Source of the DNA: an uncultured virus (IMG/VR IMGVR_UViG_3300047355_000120)
Taxonomy: Duplodnaviria > Heunggongvirae > Uroviricota > Caudoviricetes
Strand: one strand, 5' to 3'
Virus record (IMG/VR): IMGVR_UViG_3300047355_000120
DNA: 64,000 bases
The translations under genes and the position numbers were made by a program. Positions 37,586-47,658 of this stretch are shown in pieces; position 1 is the stretch's first letter; each line of letters starts with the position of its first letter. The notes under the pieces were generated by a model. The model did no database searches. It was given only the letters and a program-made list of their open reading frames with translations, and was not told where the DNA came from.

Positions 37586-39064
37586 CTAGCTTTGGAACAA
37601 TACGAAATTGTTAGCAGCTTGAGTAATTAGACATCTTTCAGATAGCCAGTTAACCTGCATAGCATCTAACTGAGAAGTGTAAACACCACCAGCAGATCCT
37701 GTGATCCAGTTTTTGTATCTTCTGTCGTCTCCTTGTGAAGCTCTGTATCTTACGTGCAAGAATGGTCTTCTAATGTTTGTACCAAGTTGTTGGTCATAAA
37801 CAGTTGAAGTTCCAGCAGGTATTAATACACCGTCAATGTTATTAACAGCTACACCACCTCTAGTTGACATATCATTTAGATATTTCCAGCTAGTTTTATA
37901 GAAGTCATAAGAACCTCTTCTAAAACCAGAGAAACCTAAATTAAGTGCCATATCTTCAGAGTTTTCGAATAAACCGTAAGCAACACCACCAGAGAATCCA
38001 GCAGAAATTTGTCCTAGCATATCGTCAAAATCTAAATCAAGAGATCTGTTTAAGAAAAGCATGTTTTCTTCAATAGCTCCTTGAGTATCAAGGTTTTTAA
38101 GTACTTGATCAAAGTCACTGATACCAGTTCCAGCAGAGAATCCTGTAAATACATTACCTCTTGCTTGGATAGCAGAAAATAGACCTTGAGTACCGTGTGC
38201 AGCTACATTAACGAATCCTGGTACATTACCAAGAGCAGCTTGTGCAGTGAAACCATCACCTGCGATAGCTTGTTCACCTTCAACCATTGACATTTCTAAG
38301 TAGTCATCAAAACGTAATCTTGTTTCTGATTCAGACTTTAAATACCATAAGTATCCTGATGTACCATCTTCAGTTGAAACTTCTACCCAACCGATTTGAG
38401 CCATATCAGACCCATTGATTTGGAATGAATCTTTTATGATAATTGGTTGATTAGAAAATTGAGTAAATCTAGGCTCAATTGATTTAATAGCACCACCTGT
38501 TTGAGCAGGAGCAGCTGTTCCTTTTGCAAATACAGAACCATAAACAAACATTTTTAAGCTGTTTGTTCCATTTCCTAAAGCATTCCAGTTAGCAACTTGG
38601 AAAGGATAAGCTGTTACTGTTGTAACGCCAGGTCCAGCAGCTACAGCTGTAGCTCCAACAATACCTTTAATAGTAACTCCTGTTGCAGGGTTCATTACTA
38701 CAATTGTATCATTTGGAAATATAGCATTTCTAGCAGCAGTTTGATTTACAGCAGCATTTGTTGGGATAGTGATCGTGAAAGCACCAGCTCCAGTTAAGTT
38801 ACAGTTTTGGTAACAAATATGTAACCTGTTTTGTTCAGACCAGATAACCTGATCAGACGTCATTGGCATTTCAGCGCCAACCATTCTAAGAAATCCAGAT
38901 AAAGTTCTATTACCGTATCTTTCAACTTCTGCTTCATATATCTCAGGAAGATATTGTTGAGCGAAGTCATTAGCTCCAGCGTTAAACGCTAGATAATTGC
39001 TTTGCAACGCAAGTTGCTGTTGTGATGGCGTTAATGCGCCAAACACGGGATTAATTGCACCCAT
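37586..39064 (-). CDS. major capsid protein
   Basis: Follows portal and scaffold; QQYLPE.YE.E.ERYGNR, LGFSGFRRGSYDFYK; strong terminator downstream. Confidence 0.85.
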   Translation of the reverse strand: MGAINPVFGALTPSQQQLALQSNYLAFNAGANDFAQQYLPEIYEAEVERYGNRTLSGFLRMVGAEMPMTSDQVIWSEQNRLHICYQNCNLTGAGAFTITIPTNAAVNQTAARNAIFPNDTIVVMNPATGVTIKGIVGATAVAAGPGVTTVTAYPFQVANWNALGNGTNSLKMFVYGSVFAKGTAAPAQTGGAIKSIEPRFTQFSNQPIIIKDSFQINGSDMAQIGWVEVSTEDGTSGYLWYLKSESETRLRFDDYLEMSMVEGEQAIAGDGFTAQAALGNVPGFVNVAAHGTQGLFSAIQARGNVFTGFSAGTGISDFDQVLKNLDTQGAIEENMLFLNRSLDLDFDDMLGQISAGFSGGVAYGLFENSEDMALNLGFSGFRRGSYDFYKTSWKYLNDMSTRGGVAVNNIDGVLIPAGTSTVYDQQLGTNIRRPFLHVRYRASQGDDRRYKNWITGSAGGVYTSQLDAMQVNWLSERCLITQAANNFVLFQS

Positions 39065-39079
39065 AGTTTTTAATTGTTT

Positions 39080-40267
39080 TTAATTGTTAAATGTTCTCTT
39101 TTTAATTCTAAGTTTTGAAGAATCAACACCGCTAACAGCTTTAACTTTTATTCCACCAACAAAAACGTCACCAGACGTAGGTCTAATGTCTTCTTTTATG
39201 TTTTTAGATTTTGCAACTAATTCTCTTGTAGCATCGGATTTACCTTGCTCGTAAAAATGTTTTGCAATAGTGTCAGCATTTTCAGCAGCGTACATAGCTT
39301 TGTGATAACCTTTAACATCTTTAACACTTCCATCATTGTTTAAGAACTTCTTAATTGTATTGGTAATATTTGATTGTTTAGTTGCAACCTCACTAGGATT
39401 TTTAACACCGTATCTAAATTTTTTTTCTCCAATATTGAAATCAAAACCTTTGAATTCATTAGTGAAATAATTTTTAGTATTAGATTTAAAATCCTCATGT
39501 TGTTGTTGAGCCACATTTTGCTCTTCATTGTAGCGATTGAAAAAATCCATAGCTTTTTGTTGATCTTGAGTAACTCCGGGTCTCAACTTGATCTCCTCGT
39601 AATATTTACTCTTTAAACCTTCTAAATGCTTTTTTGCTTTTGCAACCTCTTCTTTATACGCAAGTTTCTTTTTACGGATCTCACGCTCTTCGTCCTCTTC
39701 TTCATCAAAAGAAAAATTATCTTCAATCATGAAATTAATTTCTTCTGAATCTAAATGGGATTTAGCTTGTTTGTAATACTCTCTTAATAAAGTATCGTTA
39801 TCGACATTAGAATAATCTGCGTTTAATCTTACATAATCTTCTAATGTTCCACCCGTTTCTTTCATAAAGTCTACGACTTTTTCGATGTTTTCAGGTAATT
39901 TAGCTATTTCTCTTGACTCTTCTGGAGTAGGAGCAATAACTTTTTCTTCTAGTTTCTCGCCTAATTCAACTATATCTTCTTCTACTTTTTCTTCAATAGT
40001 TTTATCTTCTTCTTCTACAATTTCTTGTATTAAGCTTTCTTCTTCTTCAGCTTTAGAAACTTCTTTGGACTCTGGTATTTGTTCGTCCACTTCAGGGCTA
40101 TTTCCGGTTTGTTCTTCCACAGCCACCTCCTTTGTTTTTCCGACTTGAATGGCATCTGTTTCTTCTTTAGGTTTTGATAAATCGACTTTTATAACATTGT
40201 CTTTTACCAATTGTTTTGGCTTACGTTTAATTTTAAACGTGCCCTCTTGTTTTACTTCTTCTGACAT
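39080..40267 (-). CDS. capsid scaffolding protein
   Basis: Highly acidic N-half, helical C-half; lies between portal and capsid. Confidence 0.75.
   Translation of the reverse strand: MSEEVKQEGTFKIKRKPKQLVKDNVIKVDLSKPKEETDAIQVGKTKEVAVEEQTGNSPEVDEQIPESKEVSKAEEEESLIQEIVEEEDKTIEEKVEEDIVELGEKLEEKVIAPTPEESREIAKLPENIEKVVDFMKETGGTLEDYVRLNADYSNVDNDTLLREYYKQAKSHLDSEEINFMIEDNFSFDEEEDEEREIRKKKLAYKEEVAKAKKHLEGLKSKYYEEIKLRPGVTQDQQKAMDFFNRYNEEQNVAQQQHEDFKSNTKNYFTNEFKGFDFNIGEKKFRYGVKNPSEVATKQSNITNTIKKFLNNDGSVKDVKGYHKAMYAAENADTIAKHFYEQGKSDATRELVAKSKNIKEDIRPTSGDVFVGGIKVKAVSGVDSSKLRIKKRTFNN
40030..40155 (-). CDS. overprinted small basic protein (41 aa, MPFKSEKQRRWLWKNKPEIALKWTNKYQSPKK...) within scaffold gene
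   Basis: Hand translation in the +1 frame; resembles the MPFKSEKQRR small phage protein family. Confidence 0.6.
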   Translation of the reverse strand: MPFKSEKQRRWLWKNKPEIALKWTNKYQSPKKFLKLKKKKA

Positions 40268-40296
40268 AATATAATATAATAAAAATTAATAAATGA

Positions 40297-42672
40297 CTAA
40301 AAATCTACAGGTATTTCACCTTGAGACTCAAAGTCTTGTGGTAACCCATTATTTTGCCTTTGATTTATCATCGCAGACTGTTGGGTAGCTTGTAATTTAG
40401 TTCTTTTATCTTTACGATCCTCAATATCCGCTTCTTTTTGACTTATTGTTGCTGATTGCATTTGAGCTAATTGTAAATCATATTGAAACTGCTCAGCCAT
40501 TAATTGAGTTTTTATCTGAGCTTCTGTTTGCATCCTTTGTATTTCAAACTGAGACTTAGCTTGTTCAATTTGAACTTTAGACTGAGTCATTGCTTCGTTT
40601 TTCTGTACTTCACTCATGGCAGCTGATTCTGCAGCTTTAGCATTAGCTTGAGCTTGAGCTTGTATTTGAGCTGTTTGAGCAGCTTGATCTTCTTTTTGTT
40701 TTTTAATTCGTCTATATTTTAAAACTTGATTTGCTAATGATATATTTTTTATTTCTCTAATATCAATAGCATCTTCAAGATATATTTGATTTTGTTGCAA
40801 AGCCATTTGAATATTTTGTTCTATCATAGCTTTTTCTTCATCGTCAGGCTCTAAATTTAAATATAAACCAAAATCATATAAATGCAAGTCTTTTGCTTCA
40901 TCTAAACTAGCAGTATTAAATCTACCTATACTAGATTTTAAAGCATTGTTAGTTAATGGAAACTCTAAAACATCTGCAATTCTTAATGATATGTTTTCAC
41001 AAGCTCTAAGTGTTAAATACAAACTAGCATCTAATATGTGTTTAGTAGCTATATTTGAAGCATTGGCAGCCATTTTTTGCAATCCGACCAACGCGTCTTT
41101 GTCTGGTAAACTGCCGTCTCGTGCTTCATTTAGTCCCGTTACGTCTCTTATCATTTGTAGATAATACTGATAAGTGTTGATCAACGACTGTATTTTTCCA
41201 TTAGCACTCGATGATTGTAATTCCTGAATAGGTACTTTACCTCTATTAGGATCGCCATCTTGTGTTAAGCTTCTACCAACTATACTACCAGTTTGGAAAT
41301 ACATGTTTAACGCTTCTTGTGGATTATAATTTGTTCCATTACCTAAATCAACTTCTGCTAAACCATCTACATCTACAAATACACCGTCTGGCACCATCCT
41401 TGCAATTACTTGTTGTAATTTTAATGATGTTAATTGTATCATGTCAGCAAAACTAGTCATACGCCCAACTAAAGAATTTATACGCCCTTGATACATTTGA
41501 GGTGCACAAACAACATAATTCATATTTACTTTAGTTAAATCACTATTTGGCCTAGTCATATTTTTTGCTAGCTTCCATTCAAGCATCTGTGGAACACCCA
41601 TTACTTTTACACCACTGTATAAAACCTCTATACTTCTTGAAACTCTATCAAAGTTGTCACTTGGTGGTGGATTAAAAAAATCTTCTTTTTGTAATGTTTT
41701 TTCTAAACCTTGATCAGTCTTTTTTATTTTAAAAACTTGATCAACATATGTTTTATATTCAAAATATAGTAATTGAATTAAATCATTATCATAATTTGGA
41801 TTTGCTATATACCCTTGTCTACCAGGGTATCTAACCATAGTTTCTAACTCTTTATCGGTAAGTTGAGGAAATTGCTTTTTAATTTCTGGTATTGTTAATG
41901 ATTTTATTTCTCCTACATACCATAAATCTTCAAAATTAGGATCATTACTATATGAATAGACTAAATTAGCTGGATCCACATAATCAACCACTACTCCTTC
42001 AGATTTATTAAAACTTGTTTTTACAGCACCAATACCAATTGTAACTATATCTTCAACTAGTCTTTTTTTAGTTAATTGATATTTATTAAATGCTAAAACA
42101 TTATCAATAACTTCTTCTTGTGCTATTTCCATACTTTGCTTGTAATTAAGCTGCATGTGTATTTCTAATTCTTCATCACTTTCTGGTATTTCACTTTCTT
42201 TATTAAGTAAAAAATTCATACCAGTAGCTTCTTGTAATTTTAAAGCTTGTTCCTTAACTAACATATCTTGCATTAATCCCTCAGCATAATCAGTTCTTTG
42301 TTGTTGTGAAAAAGGATCTTGAGCGTATGCATTTATTTCATATTCTTTAGAAGCTATACCATTTACCACTATATTTAAAAACTTAGGTATAATAGGTACT
42401 GGTTTCCAGTCTAAATTTAAATAAGATAAATCACCATTTATTGATAATTCATCTTTATATTTTTGTACAGGTTGTTCACCTCTAGCGTATAAACGTAATC
42501 TATTAAAGTTTGTGTATCCTTGATTCCATTTACCACTGTTTAATCTACCTCCTCTAAACCATTCATATTCAATAGCTTGCCCAACTGCAAGTCCATATTC
42601 TAAAGTTTTCTTTTCCGCCTCAGGTACCACCTGACTTGGAAACGCACTGTTAGTAACATTAGTGTCAATCAT
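40297..42672 (-). CDS. portal protein
   Basis: Downstream of terminase; LRLYARGEQ, SYLNLDWKPVPIIPKF, IRDVTGLNEARDG. Confidence 0.85.
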   Translation of the reverse strand: MIDTNVTNSAFPSQVVPEAEKKTLEYGLAVGQAIEYEWFRGGRLNSGKWNQGYTNFNRLRLYARGEQPVQKYKDELSINGDLSYLNLDWKPVPIIPKFLNIVVNGIASKEYEINAYAQDPFSQQQRTDYAEGLMQDMLVKEQALKLQEATGMNFLLNKESEIPESDEELEIHMQLNYKQSMEIAQEEVIDNVLAFNKYQLTKKRLVEDIVTIGIGAVKTSFNKSEGVVVDYVDPANLVYSYSNDPNFEDLWYVGEIKSLTIPEIKKQFPQLTDKELETMVRYPGRQGYIANPNYDNDLIQLLYFEYKTYVDQVFKIKKTDQGLEKTLQKEDFFNPPPSDNFDRVSRSIEVLYSGVKVMGVPQMLEWKLAKNMTRPNSDLTKVNMNYVVCAPQMYQGRINSLVGRMTSFADMIQLTSLKLQQVIARMVPDGVFVDVDGLAEVDLGNGTNYNPQEALNMYFQTGSIVGRSLTQDGDPNRGKVPIQELQSSSANGKIQSLINTYQYYLQMIRDVTGLNEARDGSLPDKDALVGLQKMAANASNIATKHILDASLYLTLRACENISLRIADVLEFPLTNNALKSSIGRFNTASLDEAKDLHLYDFGLYLNLEPDDEEKAMIEQNIQMALQQNQIYLEDAIDIREIKNISLANQVLKYRRIKKQKEDQAAQTAQIQAQAQANAKAAESAAMSEVQKNEAMTQSKVQIEQAKSQFEIQRMQTEAQIKTQLMAEQFQYDLQLAQMQSATISQKEADIEDRKDKRTKLQATQQSAMINQRQNNGLPQDFESQGEIPVDF

Positions 42673-44876
42673 CTATTAATTATTTTTGATTCATTACCTC
42701 TATTATCATATTTAGAAAAATTTAAATTTACTTTTTCTTTAATAATTTCAGCTATTGGTCTATATTTATTTTTATTACAAGCCATAATTGCTAAACCTGA
42801 ACTAATAGATGCATCGTGCTTTGTTCTATTGTTTATATCAAATGCAGCCCAGTCTTCTAATGTTCTTTGAAAATACATCGTACCATATTGTTCATTGTTG
42901 TAACCTACAAACATTTCAATATATGATTCAATTGCTGCAGCGTGAGCTTGTTTAACATCTTCACTTGAATTAGGTATACCACCTATTTCTTTTTCAGTTA
43001 CTGACATTTTATGTATTGTTTTATCAGGTCTATTCATAGAAAACCCTCTATAACCTCTACGTTTAAAATGATACAGTAATCTAGGTTTATTATTTTCTGC
43101 AAGAAGTGGCATGCTATAAAATACGCAAGCCATAAGTACATCTTCAAAAAATATTTCTGCGGTTTGAGGTCTAGCTATATATTCTAAAAAAAATAAATTA
43201 GGTGGGCAATCATCCATAGTGAATTTAGTTAACCCGTGCAGTGATCCTTTTGATCCTCTACCATCTACGGTTCCTGATATATCATATGAGTCACAGCCAA
43301 ATGCTCCCATATGTTCATTAGCAGGATATTTTTTATTATTTTTTAAAATAATTCTATTTTGTTGACCTAGTTCTGGTATCCATGAAACTAAAAATCTACC
43401 TTGTTGACTTGGCGAAAAAACTACTCTTGAGTCTTTTACTCCACCTTCCCACTGGAAATTACCCTTAGTTACAACTCCAGAATATTTTAAATCTTCATTA
43501 TAATCTATTTGTTCGTAAATTTTAGTTAGATTAAATAAAGATTGTTTTGTTTCATCTCTGAATGCATGTTTTTCTGTACGTGGAAACTGTCTATATAATT
43601 CATTAAGCGCATCAGGATCATCCTTAAGGCCATCTACTTCATTTTCCCAATGCTCGATAACACCGATTTCAATTGGGAAACCGTCTGGCCCCTTCTTTTT
43701 TTCTTTGGGTGTCTCGAAGACAGGTAGTCCATAAGAATCAATGTATCCTTCGTAATTCCATTCCATAGGTATGAACAGGCTATATAATCCCGAGCTAGTC
43801 TGCCCATTTCTGTTTCTTCTGGTAACGTCTGAATCATCATATATTTTTTTATAGTTTCTACCACCTTTATCAAGAGCATTGCTCGTTGATCCCATCATAC
43901 ACTTACCTATAATTCTAGAACCTAATCGTAAACAAGTTTTTGTAACCCTCCAGTTATTTAATATATTATCAGGTTTTTCCCATTTACCACTTTCATCATG
44001 TACAAGTAGTTTTAATTTTTCACCATCATAACTATTGTCCCCTGTGTTTTTCCAGTCAATAGTTGTATCTAATCCTTCAAGTTCTTCTAACTGTTCATTG
44101 GTGTCTAATTTTTTTCTAGTGAATCTACTGGCTGGGACTCTGTATGCAAGCTCCGTCTTCGGCCTATCCATACCGTCTTGAATCGGTTTGAAGAAGAACG
44201 GATAATTAACGGAGATGGGTACGATTTTGTCGGTAAACATTTTCTTAGCATCCGACCCTGACTTTGATAAGACACCGAATCTAGCATCGCTTGATATTGT
44301 GGCCATGTTAACAGCTTCGCCCGATGCCATAAAAGAGAATCCTGAACGCCTGTTCTTAAGATAACACATTCCGTAGCACCTTGTATCTGCTTTGCAAGCT
44401 TCCCAGAATATATAGAATAATCTGTTTGCTTCCCTAAAGTCTGCTTGCCCAACATCAATTTTTGACCATTGCAAATACATGTAGTGAGTACCAGTAATAT
44501 AGATAGCTTTACCTTTATTAGTAAACCAATAACCTTCGTGGCGTCTAGCAAATTCTCTATCAATATACGCATACCATTTATTTTTAAAATCATCTGGATA
44601 TTGTTTCCAGTCAAATATTGTTTTTATTTTTTTTAATGTTTTAGGATACTCATGAACAGTCCACCTGTCGTTTTCTTTATCAACATTATTTTCTTTTGGT
44701 AATGCTATTTTAAGATTTTGTATTTCATATATTTCACCTATTTGTCCAGTTTGAGATATAACAATAACATCATATTCTTTATTATAACCATAATCCCATT
44801 TTTTAGATTTATTTAATCTTTTTATTACGTGGGGTTTTATATGATCAATTACTTTATATAAAGTTTGCTTATACAT
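42669..44876 (-). CDS. terL: terminase large subunit
   Basis: Walker A-like KNRRSGFS, Walker B LLVHDE, GSTSN, nuclease GCDSYD...HDA. Confidence 0.92.
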   Translation of the reverse strand: MYKQTLYKVIDHIKPHVIKRLNKSKKWDYGYNKEYDVIVISQTGQIGEIYEIQNLKIALPKENNVDKENDRWTVHEYPKTLKKIKTIFDWKQYPDDFKNKWYAYIDREFARRHEGYWFTNKGKAIYITGTHYMYLQWSKIDVGQADFREANRLFYIFWEACKADTRCYGMCYLKNRRSGFSFMASGEAVNMATISSDARFGVLSKSGSDAKKMFTDKIVPISVNYPFFFKPIQDGMDRPKTELAYRVPASRFTRKKLDTNEQLEELEGLDTTIDWKNTGDNSYDGEKLKLLVHDESGKWEKPDNILNNWRVTKTCLRLGSRIIGKCMMGSTSNALDKGGRNYKKIYDDSDVTRRNRNGQTSSGLYSLFIPMEWNYEGYIDSYGLPVFETPKEKKKGPDGFPIEIGVIEHWENEVDGLKDDPDALNELYRQFPRTEKHAFRDETKQSLFNLTKIYEQIDYNEDLKYSGVVTKGNFQWEGGVKDSRVVFSPSQQGRFLVSWIPELGQQNRIILKNNKKYPANEHMGAFGCDSYDISGTVDGRGSKGSLHGLTKFTMDDCPPNLFFLEYIARPQTAEIFFEDVLMACVFYSMPLLAENNKPRLLYHFKRRGYRGFSMNRPDKTIHKMSVTEKEIGGIPNSSEDVKQAHAAAIESYIEMFVGYNNEQYGTMYFQRTLEDWAAFDINNRTKHDASISSGLAIMACNKNKYRPIAEIIKEKVNLNFSKYDNRGNESKIINR

Positions 44877-45151
44877 TATTTAGATCGTCTTTCTGCAAAA
44901 CCTCCAAAAGCTTCAGTTTTCTTTTCTTCTTTTGGTTTTTCGTTTATCATATCCTCTTCTTCTTTAATACGATTAAGTATTTCAAAAGCGTCAAATATAG
45001 CTAGCTTTTTAGTAGCTGCTGCATTTTTTAATCTATCAGCTGATATATCATCATCAGAATCAACAATAGCTTCTTTAGCAACTTTTATTAATTCCTCAAC
45101 CGCTTTGTGCCCAGCTAGGATTATGTTCAACTTCGTTTCCTTGACGTTCAT
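44876..45151 (-). CDS. terminase small subunit-like protein
   Basis: Directly upstream of terL; ADRLKNAAATKKLAIFDAF. Confidence 0.55.
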   Translation of the reverse strand: MNVKETKLNIILAGHKAVEELIKVAKEAIVDSDDDISADRLKNAAATKKLAIFDAFEILNRIKEEEDMINEKPKEEKKTEAFGGFAERRSK

Positions 45152-45701
45152 ATTTAATTACAATATCATTAGATTTCATACAGTAAAGTCTTTTACCATC
45201 TACAATAAAATCATATTCTCCGCCTGGTGTGTAACCTACAAGGTCTCCCTCGCTTATTTCTAGCGCTTCTAATGAACTATTACCGTATTTTAGTATACCA
45301 ATAAGGAATTGCTCTAAATTATTATGTATATCAACTTGATCTTTAATTGGAGCAATAAAACATCTATTGCCAAAAGCTTTCCATTTGTCTTTTTGTTTAT
45401 ATAAATAAACTTGATCTGGTTGAACAAAATAAAGATTATCTTTAAAATATGCTTTACTATTTTTTTCTTCACCTCTAACGTTATACCATCTTCTGAATAC
45501 ATTATGATGTATCATAATTAAATCTCCTACTTTAATAGAAGTTTTGTATACTATTGGAACCTGTATAACTTTAGCAATATTATTTACTGATTTAAAAGTT
45601 TCAATTTTAGTGTTAATTATAAGGCTTTTGTCACCTACTTTTACTTCATTATTATATCGTTGGCCATAAGGCTCAACAATAAAATCAAATAAACTTTTCA
45701 T
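45096..45701 (-). CDS. tandem GroES-like co-chaperonin (two domains)
   Basis: Two repeats of the GroES-like pattern F(I/V)xP...(V/E)GD.(I/V)... Confidence 0.6.
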   Translation of the reverse strand: MKSLFDFIVEPYGQRYNNEVKVGDKSLIINTKIETFKSVNNIAKVIQVPIVYKTSIKVGDLIMIHHNVFRRWYNVRGEEKNSKAYFKDNLYFVQPDQVYLYKQKDKWKAFGNRCFIAPIKDQVDIHNNLEQFLIGILKYGNSSLEALEISEGDLVGYTPGGEYDFIVDGKRLYCMKSNDIVIKYERQGNEVEHNPSWAQSG

Positions 45702-45928
45702 TAATACTCTAAATCATACTCAACGGATATTGCCATGTTAGAATTAAACTTCTTCCACGGCAATACTTCGTCTTGTTTTTTGATAAAAATATTATAAGAA
45801 TTATCTTTTTTATCAGAAAGTATATGTGATATAATGTGACCACCATATACCGACTGCCCTATCGAGTAGTGCATAGCATCGGTTTTGTAGTCAGAACCAA
45901 TACTGATCTTTCTAATAACTGAAGACAT
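45701..45928 (-). CDS. conserved hypothetical protein
   Basis: IRKISIG.DYK.DAMHY; coupled stops and starts. Confidence 0.7.
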   Translation of the reverse strand: MSSVIRKISIGSDYKTDAMHYSIGQSVYGGHIISHILSDKKDNSYNIFIKKQDEVLPWKKFNSNMAISVEYDLEY

Positions 45929-46182
45929 TATTTCTTATCCTCTTCTTTTTCAATAGGTTCATATGTTCCATCTTCTAAATTAATATTGATAGAGCCATAT
46001 TCTTCTTCTAGTTCTTTTTTGAAGTCTTCAGTCTTTTTGTTTTCTTCATGGAACTTCCCTAATACTGCGGATTTTTGGGCTTCTAAGAAACCTACTTCAT
46101 TTAAGAGTTTGTTCAACTCTTTTTGAAAGCCTTGAATCTTTTCTAATTGGTCTTTGGTAATCATTGATTTTACTTCACTCAT
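45928..46182 (-). CDS. coiled-coil hypothetical protein
   Basis: LEEEYGSININLEDG motif. Confidence 0.7.
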   Translation of the reverse strand: MSEVKSMITKDQLEKIQGFQKELNKLLNEVGFLEAQKSAVLGKFHEENKKTEDFKKELEEEYGSININLEDGTYEPIEKEEDKK

Positions 46183-46210
46183 TTTAATTTAATTTAATTG
46201 GTTATTAATG

Positions 46211-46238
46211 TATTAATATAGTTACAGGTTTTCTTTAC
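46211..46238 (-). promoter_or_regulatory. putative late promoter (GTAAAGAAAACCTGTAACTATATTAATA)
   Basis: Intergenic; shared motif. Confidence 0.45.
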
Positions 46239-46696
46239 TTTTTAAATATACTTGTAACCTTTTCACTACTTCGTCCGCCAAAATAGGCTAAAACTACGGC
46301 CATCATTACTTTTTCAAATGTATCGTTCCACGTAACACCTATGTTAAATGGTATTGATTCTACACTATCTAATATTCCAGCTAGTGAGAATATAACAATA
46401 CACCACACTAAAACTAATGGGCGTACATTTTTAGAAAGCCATGAATCTGATATTGAGTCGGCTTGCCACCTTGAAGTGACGGCTTCCATTTCTTTGTTTT
46501 GTTGTTCAAATATAAGTTGTTGTAATTTTATTTTATCTTCACCACTTACATCAGATTTACCAATAGCAGCAATAGCTTCTGCTGGTGAACTAACACCACT
46601 TAGAACACTGCCTAATGCAGGGTTAACTAGTGATGCAGCACCAAACAAAAGTTTTCCTACAGTGGTATCTTTAAACTTTTTTTTAGGTTTAGACAT
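46235..46696 (-). CDS. holin (3TM / GTA-holin-like family)
   Basis: RWQAD..SDSWLSKNVRP, TM segments, AYFGGRS.EK. Confidence 0.75.
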   Translation of the reverse strand: MSKPKKKFKDTTVGKLLFGAASLVNPALGSVLSGVSSPAEAIAAIGKSDVSGEDKIKLQQLIFEQQNKEMEAVTSRWQADSISDSWLSKNVRPLVLVWCIVIFSLAGILDSVESIPFNIGVTWNDTFEKVMMAVVLAYFGGRSSEKVTSIFKK

Positions 46697-46749
46697 TATT
46701 TAGAACAAACTCCTGGTTTGTTGTAAGGTTTTTTAGGTTTAATTTTCAT
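46696..46749 (-). CDS. tiny basic peptide MKIKPKKPYNKPGVCSK
   Basis: Hand translation; TAATG coupling to holin. Confidence 0.4.
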   Translation of the reverse strand: MKIKPKKPYNKPGVCSK

Positions 46750-46752
46750 AAT

Positions 46753-46842
46753 CTATTTTTTCTTTTTCATTAAAAAAGCTGGTAATTTCTTTTTATTTTT
46801 TGATTTTGAACTACTTTTTTTTGGGGAGCTTTTGTACGCCAT
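46753..46842 (-). CDS. tiny Lys/Ser-rich peptide (29 aa)
   Basis: MAYKSSPKKSSSKSKNKKKLPAFLMKKKK; tiles the region. Confidence 0.5.
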   Translation of the reverse strand: MAYKSSPKKSSSKSKNKKKLPAFLMKKKK

Positions 46843-46844
46843 AA

Positions 46845-46928
46845 TTATTTGTGTTTTTTAAGTTTAGCTAATTTTATAGCTTTTTTGTCTATTATTTTCT
46901 CTACTTCTTTTTTTTTCTTTTTAGCCAT
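46845..46928 (-). CDS. tiny Lys-rich peptide (27 aa)
   Basis: MAKKKKKEVEKIIDKKAIKLAKLKKHK; tiles the region. Confidence 0.5.
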   Translation of the reverse strand: MAKKKKKEVEKIIDKKAIKLAKLKKHK

Positions 46929-46929
46929 G

Positions 46930-47085
46930 TTATTGTTTTTTACCTGGAAACATTTGATTAAGTTTTTCTTTACGCTGTTGGCAGCCACAGGGTATGTTTA
47001 AACCCTGTGACACTGCATCAACAACTTTTTTAATACCAGTTGCTTTAGTGAATGATTCTATTTTATCACCTAAGCCTTTATTCAT
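46930..47085 (-). CDS. conserved small phage protein (GLGD...TGIKK...CGC..RK..LN, 51 aa)
   Basis: Hand translation; recognisable motif. Confidence 0.75.
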   Translation of the reverse strand: MNKGLGDKIESFTKATGIKKVVDAVSQGLNIPCGCQQRKEKLNQMFPGKKQ

Positions 47086-47450
47086 TATGCTTGAACAAAT
47101 GATCTCCAATATAATCTTAGTCCAGTTCCGCCACTATCTAGTCCTAGTGAAACTGAAGATACAACCCCACCTGGATTAGCTTTCATAGCATATTGAATAG
47201 ATTGTTTTAAAAGTGGAGAAGTTGATGTTGGAGTTCCAGCTGTACCTGTTGCAGCTGTACCAGCTATCACAGTAATTACATCAGCTGCTCCAACTGAATT
47301 AAGTTGAACTGTAGCTGTAGTTGCTGAAGCTTGAAAAACTCCACTGATTAAATCTACGGGAACTAAATTGATCCCGTCTTGAAATGTAGAAGCGCCAGCC
47401 AAACCTGAGTTAGCGCTGTCTGTTACGTTAAATGAAATGTACTTTGCCAT
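47085..47450 (-). CDS. putative structural protein (Ala/Gly/Thr-rich)
   Basis: ORF track; ANPGG motif. Confidence 0.6.
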   Translation of the reverse strand: MAKYISFNVTDSANSGLAGASTFQDGINLVPVDLISGVFQASATTATVQLNSVGAADVITVIAGTAATGTAGTPTSTSPLLKQSIQYAMKANPGGVVSSVSLGLDSGGTGLRLYWRSFVQA

Positions 47451-47490
47451 AATAATTTTGTTAATTTTTGTTAATTTTTGTTAATTTTTG
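47451..47490. repeat. tandem 10-nt repeat (TTAATTTTTG)x3 plus one degenerate copy
   Basis: Directly visible; 5' leader of 47085-47450. Confidence 0.85.
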
Positions 47491-47505
47491 TTTTGTTTTG
47501 CGGGT

Positions 47506-47658
47506 TTACATCCCGTTTTTATCGTATTGATGTTTACCACTAGATTTGCTATCTCTAACAATAACATTTTCTTTTATAAATCCTCCTTTTTTACCGCCTG
47601 AAGTAACTTTACCAAGGCCAGATCCGTAAGGTTTTAAATGATGTGTTTTTAGTCCCAT
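47506..47658 (-). CDS. small Gly/Lys-rich protein (50 aa)
   Basis: Hand translation MGLKTHHLKPYGSGLGK...; TAATG coupling. Confidence 0.5.
   Translation of the reverse strand: MGLKTHHLKPYGSGLGKVTSGGKKGGFIKENVIVRDSKSSGKHQYDKNGM

Noticed and set aside
42620..42634. Hairpin TCAGGT-ACC-ACCTGA near the portal start
   Set aside because: Only 6 bp with a 3-nt loop; could be chance without comparative data
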